Source: a virus
Taxonomy: Duplodnaviria; Caudoviricetes
Direction: 5' to 3' (one strand)
Virus record (IMG/VR): IMGVR_UViG_3300017903_000887
Span: 1 to 44,336 of that record
Length of the DNA: 44,336 nucleotides
Of this stretch, positions 17,947 through 25,626 are shown one piece after another (the stretch's first letter is position 1; each line of letters starts with the position of its first letter). The position numbers and the translations under genes were made by a program. Under the pieces are notes generated by a model. The model was not told the origin of the DNA, did not search any database, and worked only from the letters and a program-made list of their open reading frames with translations.

Positions 17947-19254
17947 TTACTCACTTTTCTTTGGTGGTAGCTCCGCATTAGCTAACAGAGCGTTTACAAT
18001 ATCATCCTGATCACTCAGGTCTATGTTAGCGCCATTTAAGTTACGTAGGTAACTACCAAGTTCTCTTAGGTCATGTGGCGCTACATCACCCGCACATATC
18101 TTTGGCATCAAGTCAAAGTTAAGACCGTTGATATGCCAAAGGGGTTCGACTAGCTGCTTATTCAACACATCAAATATAGAGTTGATGTAGCTCTCCATAG
18201 AGCGTAGGAATAAGTCAGTTTTAGATTTACTTAACGCATAAGAGCCATTTGCCCCTGCGCCCAACATCAAGAACTCAGCCATAACGCTCCTAGCAATATC
18301 GTGCTGATAACGATTGATGATAGGATTGATATCAATATTGCGAGAGCCATTACTTGTAATAAGCTCAATATCGACGATCCTTTGGTTGGTTGGTTTTCCA
18401 TCTACATCTCTATATACATCAGAGGGCAACAAAGCATAGCCTTGCTCATTGAACTTAAGGTCTCTTAAGATCTTCTCCATTTGACTACGTACTGATACTT
18501 GATCAGTAGTTGCATCAGGGGATAGATATTCTGCAGAGATTCTGCCAATAGGAACACCGTGAAGTTCTCTTTCTACGGCTATGGCTTCTATGTTTTGTAG
18601 ATTTTTAAGATACTGGTAAGAAGTGTATGCATTCCGTAGGATAGAGCGTCCAGATGGGTCATTGTTCGTGTTCGTCGTGCGGTAATGAAGGATTTTATTT
18701 GCTGGGATAAAAGTTGACTTAAGCCCGTAGTTTTGCTCTTGTCTAATACCCAAGATATCTCCTGTTGTTTTATCCACATCAAATCGCTCAATCGTCCACT
18801 GTGCGCGAGACGCGAGTTTGCGTACACCGACACGTCCGTCAGAGAACTTGGAGTACTTCTTCCCACTACGGAAGCTTGGCCCGTGTCTACGCTTGTAGAC
18901 GACCTCAAAGATGGAGAAACCAAAAGTCAAATGAGACAACGCTTCGGAGATGTGATCATCTAAAGAATGTTCCATATCCTCTAGAATGCTCCTTACGAAG
19001 TCTGCCTCCTTTTTAGCCTTCCGAGTATCGTTAGCAGGTTCTACGTGGTAATCTACATCTCTAAGAACCTGCTCGGTAGCGTACATGATAGAGCCTATGG
19101 TGCTATCGTTGTCTCGCATCTCCCGAAACTTGCGGATGGCTCGTTTGCCTTTTAAGTCGGGGAGAAATTCGTCAGCACGGATAGTTCCATCTTTAGTGTT
19201 AGTACCACCTTGGCCTAACTCTAACTTACCCAACTCTTCGCTTAGCTTTTTCAT
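17947..19254 (-). CDS. Portal protein (DUF935/Mu gp29-like)
   Basis: Follows TerL. Motifs MRDND..IG, FGFS.FE.VY, NDPSGRSILR.AY, IAVER..G.P, GSYALS. Confidence 0.85.
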   Translation of the reverse strand: MKKLSEELGKLELGQGGTNTKDGTIRADEFLPDLKGKRAIRKFREMRDNDSTIGSIMYATEQVLRDVDYHVEPANDTRKAKKEADFVRSILEDMEHSLDDHISEALSHLTFGFSIFEVVYKRRHGPSFRSGKKYSKFSDGRVGVRKLASRAQWTIERFDVDKTTGDILGIRQEQNYGLKSTFIPANKILHYRTTNTNNDPSGRSILRNAYTSYQYLKNLQNIEAIAVERELHGVPIGRISAEYLSPDATTDQVSVRSQMEKILRDLKFNEQGYALLPSDVYRDVDGKPTNQRIVDIELITSNGSRNIDINPIINRYQHDIARSVMAEFLMLGAGANGSYALSKSKTDLFLRSMESYINSIFDVLNKQLVEPLWHINGLNFDLMPKICAGDVAPHDLRELGSYLRNLNGANIDLSDQDDIVNALLANAELPPKKSE

Positions 19255-19256
19255 TT

Positions 19257-20657
19257 TTAACCTAGGTATATTTGATCAAGGCCCTTAGCATCGGAGTAAG
19301 AGAGCCTGAGAGTGGGATTGTTAACTCCGTTAAGCATCAGGTCAGTTAAAGCCCATACACAAGCGTCCAAACGATCTGGGGAGCCAATAGATCCTAAAGG
19401 CTCCCAAGTTCTCATTTGCGTTTCCAACTCGTCAAGACCTTTAACATGCTTGACTTTGCCTCTTTCATAGAGTGCAGATATAGGTTCAGCCCTAGCCATT
19501 TTTCCTCGACTAGCATGTACAAGGCGAATAGGAACTGTTTCATCTTCTGCTTCAAGTGTCCTACGAACCATTTCACCGCCTTGGTTCCTTTCGGCAACAA
19601 TACGGTCCGCATGATATTCATTGTAGAGTGATACAGCTTTTGCTGCCCACTGAGAAGGGCTGAGCCGATCCGTAGCATCTTCGAGGACATATCCTATTCC
19701 ATTCACATCTATCCCTGCTACTACAATACCAGTCATATCTGACTCAGAGTTGGCAGTTACTGCAGGGTCTATTGCAACTACAATCCTATTTAGCTCTGGT
19801 ACGTCCTTGAGGTCTACTTCTGCCTGATCTAGTATTTCAGTAGTCCAGAGAGCGCCATCGGCCTCTTCAAGCATCTCAGCGTAGAGTTCTTGTTGCCCTA
19901 AGCGAGTGCCTTCGTATTCTTTCTTTATACCCTCTAAGAACGGAGTAGCTAGGTTAGCTTCATTGTCAAACGTAGACCCATGAGTGATATGACTACGTTC
20001 ATTCTTGAGGAGGGCTCTCATTAGCTTGGTAGGTTTAGGGGTGGTAGTAACCATAACTTGAGGGTGTCTACCTAGACGCAGGGTAAACTGTAACATATCC
20101 CATACGTCTTGCTGATTACGCCAAGCTGCAACCTCATCTGCCCAAGCTGCATGAAACTGAGGACCCCTGAGGCGCTCTGGGTCCTCTGCGGAGAAGAACT
20201 CTGCCTTAGACCCATTCTCCCAACTGAGAGTGTTGTTAGTGGGACTCCAAACGGGGTAGCCCATCTTAGCTCCCCTGTAGGTTACGTCCTTGTCCCAACA
20301 AACATTAAGGAGACCTGATTCTCCCTCTACCATAACCCTACGGATATCGCCTTTAGTGGGGGCTACACAAGCTATCCTGCGGAAACCTTGTTTTATCTTA
20401 TGCCTTACCCACTCAGCCCCTGAGCGGGTCTTACCAGCTCCCCTACCAGCATTGAATATCCAGTAGTCCCAGTGACCCTCAGGTTCAAGCTGATCCCTCC
20501 TAGCCCAAAAGGGCCAATTATACTTCAGCTCTTCTGCCTGAGTTGGCCCTAGTTCAGTTAAGATCTTGTGGAGCTTTTCGGGACTAAGCTTCCTAAGGTC
20601 CTCTGCAGTAACCTCAGGTATCTGAATCGCCGTTTTCTTCTTGTACGTCCGAGGCAT
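19257..20657 (-). CDS. terL: Terminase large subunit
   Basis: Walker A AGRGAGKT, LRGPQFHAAWADE (Walker B), TTTP, nuclease VAIDPA...D.TG and SPDRLDA. Confidence 0.95.
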   Translation of the reverse strand: MPRTYKKKTAIQIPEVTAEDLRKLSPEKLHKILTELGPTQAEELKYNWPFWARRDQLEPEGHWDYWIFNAGRGAGKTRSGAEWVRHKIKQGFRRIACVAPTKGDIRRVMVEGESGLLNVCWDKDVTYRGAKMGYPVWSPTNNTLSWENGSKAEFFSAEDPERLRGPQFHAAWADEVAAWRNQQDVWDMLQFTLRLGRHPQVMVTTTPKPTKLMRALLKNERSHITHGSTFDNEANLATPFLEGIKKEYEGTRLGQQELYAEMLEEADGALWTTEILDQAEVDLKDVPELNRIVVAIDPAVTANSESDMTGIVVAGIDVNGIGYVLEDATDRLSPSQWAAKAVSLYNEYHADRIVAERNQGGEMVRRTLEAEDETVPIRLVHASRGKMARAEPISALYERGKVKHVKGLDELETQMRTWEPLGSIGSPDRLDACVWALTDLMLNGVNNPTLRLSYSDAKGLDQIYLG

Positions 20658-21030
20658 GACCTAACAGTATCATCAGAGAGTTAACGGCACTTGAGCTTTC
20701 ATCAGGGTCTCCTGATACGTCCTCAAGCTGCTGAGTTTCTTTCGGGCTCCAGCCTCCCTTAGATCGCAGGAAAAGTTCCTGAGAAGGATAGTGTCCACTA
20801 AGGGCTTGCTCAATCACAACATTACCAACGCGCTGAGTGATCTCAGCCCGAGCCTCTGCGATGTCTGCACCGTAGAGCCTGTAGAGGTTGGCATTGTTAC
20901 GAGGAGCATTTTGGTAGCGTTTGTTGACAGTAGCTAGTATGTCCTTGATCTGGACACCATCTTTAACTGCCTGTCGTATATACTTGGCTACTGGCTCACT
21001 ATACTTGAGACTGGGGACTGGACCCGGCAT
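20614..21030 (-). CDS. terS: Terminase small subunit (probable)
   Basis: Overlaps the 5' end of terL. Helical, with a LFLRSKGGW motif. Confidence 0.65.
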   Translation of the reverse strand: MPGPVPSLKYSEPVAKYIRQAVKDGVQIKDILATVNKRYQNAPRNNANLYRLYGADIAEARAEITQRVGNVVIEQALSGHYPSQELFLRSKGGWSPKETQQLEDVSGDPDESSSAVNSLMILLGHASDVQEENGDSDT

Positions 21031-21070
21031 TGCGTCTTACTCATTTATGGGAGTCTGGGGGGAGATAAAC

Positions 21071-21140
21071 CTCTTAGAACTACAAATCCGTCTTTCTCTA
21101 ACTACAAAAACATTGGGAAGATACGATTTTGTTCTAAGAG
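21071..21140. promoter_or_regulatory. Imperfect inverted repeat upstream of terS
   Basis: CTCTTAGAAC (21071-21080) pairs perfectly with GTTCTAAGAG (21131-21140), with partial pairing inside. Confidence 0.45.
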
Positions 21141-21442
21141 AGCTTATGGGCTGCTATATAGGTACTAAATCTTAGATTTCAAGGGGTACTAGAGTATTTA
21201 TTTAGTAATACTTAAGGTTTTACAACCTACTGTTGCTTAAAAAGAGCCTTACTCTAGTATTACTCTAGTATTTTACTGACTCACAGTCAGTAGTAGGTAA
21301 GATACTTAAGTTATACTAGAGTATAGGTATCTTGGTACGGTATTTCAAGAGTAATATTTAAGGTTTTTTATTAGGTGCGACATTATGTCCATACTCAACC
21401 TAATTTTTTGTATTACAAATGGGTGTGGTTGCGCAAAGCTTT

Positions 21443-21471
21443 GGCCCTAGCCAAGAGAATGGCTAGGGGCC
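21443..21471 (-). terminator. Hairpin/putative terminator after the two small leftward early genes
   Basis: CCCTAGCCA-agagaa-TGGCTAGGG stem just past the stop at 21489. The U-tract is weak. Confidence 0.45.
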
Positions 21472-21488
21472 CCACTTAAGTATAGGTT

Positions 21489-21596
21489 TTAATCTAAGGG
21501 TGGAAGAAAGCCTCCGCCGTATAGAATCCATATGCAACCGACTAGGATGGCGACAAGCGCCACCATCCCAAGAATATCCGCAAGGTTAGGTCTCAT
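21489..21596 (-). CDS. 35-aa single-pass membrane peptide (not in ORF track)
   Basis: MRPNLADILGMVALVAILVGCIWILYGGGFLPPLD*. Its ATG overlaps the TGA of 21593-21883 (ATGA coupling). Confidence 0.6.
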   Translation of the reverse strand: MRPNLADILGMVALVAILVGCIWILYGGGFLPPLD

Positions 21597-21883
21597 ACTG
21601 AATATTCTCCGAAGTCTACGCCTGCATCTTTGAGCGCATCGATGACAAAAGACTGCATTCCAGCGCGGCCAGTGGTGTAGCCGTTAGCTTCGGCGATCAT
21701 GTCCCAAGCATTGCTCTCGATAGTGCAAGCTTTTTTCCAAGCCTGTAAGTTAGTGTAGCGAGCGTGCGGCGTTTTAGCGTCCGCGATCCAGTTGGCGGCA
21801 AGCTCTAAGAATTCTACCAGAGCGTCGGCTTCGTACTGTACTTGTGTTTTAGTTGCTTTTGCGGCTTTAAGAGTAATACCCAT
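21593..21883 (-). CDS. Hypothetical early protein
   Basis: 96 aa with SD AAAGGA, transcribed divergently from the 22579 cassette. Confidence 0.7.
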   Translation of the reverse strand: MGITLKAAKATKTQVQYEADALVEFLELAANWIADAKTPHARYTNLQAWKKACTIESNAWDMIAEANGYTTGRAGMQSFVIDALKDAGVDFGEYSV

Positions 21884-22012
21884 TTTATGTGTCCTTTCTA
21901 GACTAGGGGTTAATGGCGTTATTGCCTAAAACCTTAGTATCATCTAAAAACACAGCGCACAACAATTTTTTTACAGTCCTATACTTTATTGCCAAATCTA
22001 TCCCTTAGTATA

Positions 22013-22360
22013 GCCAGGCTCTTACCTAAGATATTGCCTTAGATTTTAGCTAAGATATTGACTAAAGTTTTAGTTTAGACCATAGCTAAAGTCTAAGCCA
22101 GGCTCCGGGCCAGGATCTTAGGTAAGCCCCCCGATGGAAAATTAGCCAGGCCCCTGGCTTAGCCCCAGGCCAGGCCCCTGGATGAAAATTAAGCCAGGCC
22201 CCTGGCCAGGCCCTTAGCCAGGACCCTGGGTAGAAAATTAGCCAGGCGCCAGGCTTAGATCCTGGGTAAGCCCCCGGATGGAAAATGAACTTTTTGTTTA
22301 GCTCAGGGCCCGGCCTGGCAGCCCCCTAGTGTCCCAAAGTAAACCCCCCGATATAAATTT
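22013..22360. repeat. 12-bp-phased GCCAGG / CCCC..GGAAAAT repeat array (left)
   Basis: GCCAGG starts at 22013, 22097, 22109, 22145, 22169, 22193, 22205, 22217 and 22241, all multiples of 12 apart. GAAAAT starts at 22137, 22184, 22233 and 22281. Confidence 0.85.
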
Positions 22361-22444
22361 GTGATCACATCTTAGCCGTTTTTGTAGCAGTAACTACCTG
22401 ATAATAAACCACAATAATCCTCAGTGTAAACTTGTGATCACAAG
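22360..22444. promoter_or_regulatory. Two TGTGATCACA palindromes (candidate operators)
   Basis: TGTGATCACA at 22360-22369 and CTTGTGATCACAAG at 22431-22444, upstream of the early promoter. Confidence 0.5.
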
Positions 22445-22476
22445 ATATAGCCATACCTAAGAAAAAATCTTACTCC

Positions 22477-22505
22477 TTGCTTCTAGTAGCCAGCTATGGT
22501 ATACT
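22477..22505 (+). promoter_or_regulatory. Sigma70-type early promoter
   Basis: TTGCTT-N17-TATACT with extended -10 TG. Followed by a leader hairpin (22517-22544) and SD AAGGAGG. Confidence 0.65.
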
Positions 22506-22578
22506 CTAACTACGGGTAAGGTGCGTCTACTGATTCGCGCCTTAGCTGCCAACTATAACCGTTACTAAGGAGGTAACT

Positions 22579-24027
22579 ATGAGAGATTTTGGTAAAGCTC
22601 TCGAAGGTCTAGAGATAGACTTTGATCTTAGTTCCGAGGGGCTATCCTCTCGGTCTAGAGACTACTTATATGGTAAGTTAGAAACTATCGCTTATCACGA
22701 TATGCGGAATAGTGATAACCCATATGGTTATGATTATGCTGGGGCGAAGATTAAGATAAACTCTGTCTTAAATTTCTTCTGGCCTAACGTAGCTAAAATT
22801 TCAGAGCTTGAGGCTGATCCTACACTTAGCGATAAGCTCTCTATCTGGCCTAACATATACGCTAGAAAAAAGGGCCGTGCTGGTCGCTCACAAGTTAAGA
22901 TAGGTCGGGCTATCCGCAAGATGTTCCCAGTCTTAACTGAGGTAGAGATTGACAGTTTGGTAGACGATGTAAAGCAACATCTTTTACCTAAGGATTGGAC
23001 AGTCAAGGAAGGTTCAGACAGAGCCTCATTCAAAAAGGCTTACTCTTTCTGTCAGGCAGCATCTGAGAACCTAGACACAACTCATACTAAGAAACATATG
23101 TCCAATAGCTGTATGCGTTATGAGTTTGATAGTTTGTGCTGTCATCCAGCTGAGGCTTATGCTTCGGGAGACTTCAAGGTCTATTGGTTAGAAGATGCCA
23201 AAGGCAATATCGGCGGTCGGGTCGTGGTTTATTTCAAAGGTAATAAACCTTATCCTGCGCCTATATACGCTGTCTCAGAAACCGCTTTCGAAAAGTTGTG
23301 GGACAAGCTGACTGATATTGGTGCTAAGCCTACTGAGGAGCGTTCTTGGATAGGTGCTAGGTTACTTCTCCTCCCATATAAAGGCGGGTACGTTGGACCT
23401 TATCTTGACCTTACACCTAGGTTCTTAGAAGTAAGTGACTGCGGTAATTACCTAGTGATTGACAGTCACGGTAGCATAGATGGTAGCGTCTACAATGGCT
23501 TATATAGTGACGAAGATACTATCGTATGCTACGACTGTGAGTGTCGCATAAGCTATGACGAGTCATATAGCTGGGAAGATTTCAGCTATTGCCGTAGTTG
23601 CTACTACGACAGGGCCTTTACGTGTGAGAATTGCCATGAGGATGAAAGCGTAGATGAGCATCGGTATGTTATGGTAAGAGATAACTACGAACACAATAAT
23701 GAGCAAAGTTGGTGCAGACATTGCGTAGGTGATGGTGCAACCTTAACCGAAAATGGTGAGCTATGGTCAGACGACTGTGTTATCCATACCGCCGATTGCT
23801 CAGTTATTGACCCGGTTACGGCCGATGCTGATTACTTTATGTGTATGCTCAGTGGCGAGTATTACCCTAACGAGTTAGCTCAAGTCTTAGATGATGGTCA
23901 GGTTGTTTCTTCGGAGGCAATACAAGATAACAATGCCCAGTCTAGTCTTACAGGTAAGATCTACGTTTATGATGAGATGGAAGGGCACTGGTTTATTCGA
24001 GTAAGAAAGGATAAGGACGTTGCATAG
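22579..24027 (+). CDS. Hypothetical early protein with SCM motif and C-terminal CxxC Zn-ribbon repeats
   Basis: KIGRAIRK...SNSCMRY...HPAEAY...GRVVVY...PYLD, then CYDC/CRSC/CENC/CRHC. Perfect SD. Confidence 0.8.
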   Translation: MRDFGKALEGLEIDFDLSSEGLSSRSRDYLYGKLETIAYHDMRNSDNPYGYDYAGAKIKINSVLNFFWPNVAKISELEADPTLSDKLSIWPNIYARKKGRAGRSQVKIGRAIRKMFPVLTEVEIDSLVDDVKQHLLPKDWTVKEGSDRASFKKAYSFCQAASENLDTTHTKKHMSNSCMRYEFDSLCCHPAEAYASGDFKVYWLEDAKGNIGGRVVVYFKGNKPYPAPIYAVSETAFEKLWDKLTDIGAKPTEERSWIGARLLLLPYKGGYVGPYLDLTPRFLEVSDCGNYLVIDSHGSIDGSVYNGLYSDEDTIVCYDCECRISYDESYSWEDFSYCRSCYYDRAFTCENCHEDESVDEHRYVMVRDNYEHNNEQSWCRHCVGDGATLTENGELWSDDCVIHTADCSVIDPVTADADYFMCMLSGEYYPNELAQVLDDGQVVSSEAIQDNNAQSSLTGKIYVYDEMEGHWFIRVRKDKDVA

Positions 24028-24985
24028 TCTAGTTACAATGCTTACATATAAGCGCAAGCACGGGACAGAAAGCATAAAGAATTTTTGCTCCCGTTATCTC
24101 CACCCAATATTCGGGCATCCCGACAAAGATGGAAACTATGTCCTGATTGTAGGTGATAAGCCAAACATTCTCTATGCTGCTCACTACGACTCGGTGCATA
24201 AGACTAACGGTATGCAGAAAGTCAAGGTCTCGGCAGGGATTGTTACCTTACATCCTGACAATGAGGTCGAGTGCCTAGGTGCAGATTGTGCTACTGGCAT
24301 ATGGTTAATCTTAGAGATGATCGACGCTGGTATACAAGGTGTCTATGTAGTCCATGCACAGGAGGAAACGGGTTGCCTAGGCTCTCAGGCGCTGGTTAAT
24401 CGGTTACCTTACTGGCTAGATTCCATTGACGCCGTAATTAGTTTTGACCGTAAAGGCCAAAGCGATATTATAACCCATCAAATGGGGATGAGAACCGCCA
24501 GTGACGCCTTTGCTCGTTCTCTGGCAGATATTCTAAAGCTAGGGCACAAGCCCGATGACGGCGGTGCTTACACAGATTCTAACGAATATGCTAGCACTGT
24601 GTCAGAATGCACAAATCTAGCTGTAGGATATACCGGGCAACACACGGCTAAGGAAGCTCAAGACCTTGAGTATGCGTCAACTCTTAGAGATGCACTTATA
24701 GAAGCTGACTGGTCGCAGCTAGTATTCAAGCGCGATCCTTCAGTGGTAGAGTACATCTATGGCAATGACTGGGGGTATCCCTTTCGAGGATTCCAAAGCT
24801 ACAGTTACGCTCCCTTGGTGGAGGAGGATCGTCTAAACGATTACCGGGAGATTATCCAAGACTATGACAATGCGGTAGCTGCTTTGCTGGCAGATTACTT
24901 TCAAAGTCCATATGATCTCTTAGACGAACTGCAACGCTACGGTGCGGACCCTTTCCGTAGCCCATTACTTCGGAGGTACAAATGA
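24020..24985 (+). CDS. M28/M20-like Zn-dependent peptidase/amidohydrolase
   Basis: Metal-ligand pattern AHYDSV, LGADC, QEETG, ISFDRKG, GYTGQHT. TTG start with AAGGA, overlapping the upstream gene. Confidence 0.75.
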   Translation: MHSLVTMLTYKRKHGTESIKNFCSRYLHPIFGHPDKDGNYVLIVGDKPNILYAAHYDSVHKTNGMQKVKVSAGIVTLHPDNEVECLGADCATGIWLILEMIDAGIQGVYVVHAQEETGCLGSQALVNRLPYWLDSIDAVISFDRKGQSDIITHQMGMRTASDAFARSLADILKLGHKPDDGGAYTDSNEYASTVSECTNLAVGYTGQHTAKEAQDLEYASTLRDALIEADWSQLVFKRDPSVVEYIYGNDWGYPFRGFQSYSYAPLVEEDRLNDYREIIQDYDNAVAALLADYFQSPYDLLDELQRYGADPFRSPLLRRYK

Positions 24986-25212
24986 CCAAAACTAACGAAA
25001 AACAAGCGATACTTGACGAGCTTTCCCGCATTAGCGGGAGGCTCAAAACCGCAGCTTTCCTTGGAGCTGTGGGTCGAGATGAGGTAATGTTCGACATTAT
25101 GACCGATGAGATATTCAAGCTAGATGAGCTTGAGCATTTCATTACTCACTTGTTTAGCCAAGAAATAGAGGAGGAAGCTAACACTAAGTTACCAATCGTA
25201 GGTTTACACTAA
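24982..25212 (+). CDS. Small acidic hypothetical protein
   Basis: 76 aa with SD GGAGG, overlapping the upstream stop. Confidence 0.65.
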   Translation: MTKTNEKQAILDELSRISGRLKTAAFLGAVGRDEVMFDIMTDEIFKLDELEHFITHLFSQEIEEEANTKLPIVGLH

Positions 25213-25221
25213 GCCTAAGTT

Positions 25222-25260
25222 AAGCCCCGGGTTAAGAGATTAGCTTGGGGCTTTTCTTTT
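25222..25260 (+). terminator. Rho-independent terminator closing the early cassette
   Basis: AAGCCCCGGGTTAA-gaga-TTAGCTTGGGGCTT stem (with G-U pairs) followed by TTCTTTT. Confidence 0.75.
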
Positions 25261-25344
25261 GTCTAAATTTAAAGCCTGGCCAGGGTCTTAGCTTAGGGCC
25301 AGGCCAGGCGCCCGGCTAAGACGTTAGCCAAGCCAAAATCTTAG

Positions 25345-25455
25345 GACACCCCCAGTGGAAAATGATGGACACCCCCAGTGGAAAATGGCAGAGGCCCCCA
25401 GTGGAAAATGATTGACACCCCCGATGAAAAATGTTAGACACCCCCAGTGGAAATT
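25345..25455 (+). repeat. Five tandem 23-bp iteron-like repeats (GACACCCCCAGTGGAAAATgatg)
   Basis: Units start at 25345, 25368, 25391, 25414 and 25437. Preceded by a CCWGG cluster (25275-25308) and followed by an AT-rich tract. Confidence 0.9.
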
Positions 25456-25570
25456 AGCCTACAAAAATAATTACTTAAGTATTACTAGAGTATCTTACCT
25501 ACTCTTTTTATTACTAGTGAGTAGTAAGCCTTGAGTATTACTTGGGTAAGCAATTTAGCATTTCAAGGGG

Positions 25571-25599
25571 TTGCAATAAATTTATTTTTGTGGTATGTG
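25571..25599 (+). promoter_or_regulatory. Sigma70-type promoter of the replication module
   Basis: TTGCAA-N17-TATGTG with extended TG, upstream of SD AGGAGG and ATG 25627. Confidence 0.5.
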
Positions 25600-25626
25600 C
25601 GAAGGAGTTGTAGTGCAGGAGGTAAC

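Noticed and set aside
1567-20318. Many plus-strand ORFs in the track (e.g. 1567-1830, 7628-7990, 8021-8608, 10687-11055)
   Set aside because: They are antisense shadows of well-supported minus-strand structural genes, with no recognisable motifs.
21030-22578. tRNA or known ncRNA in the long intergenic regions
   Set aside because: I found only isolated hairpins, with no cloverleaf or T-loop consensus. A covariance-model search would be needed to exclude it fully.
25345-25455. CRISPR mini-array
   Set aside because: The units are contiguous 23-mers with only ~4 variable nt between conserved cores. There are no spacer-length unique sequences and no cas genes.
25531-25626. N-terminal extension of primase-helicase from TTG 25531
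   Set aside because: It spans the predicted promoter. ATG 25627 has a strong AGGAGG SD and begins right at the Zn finger.
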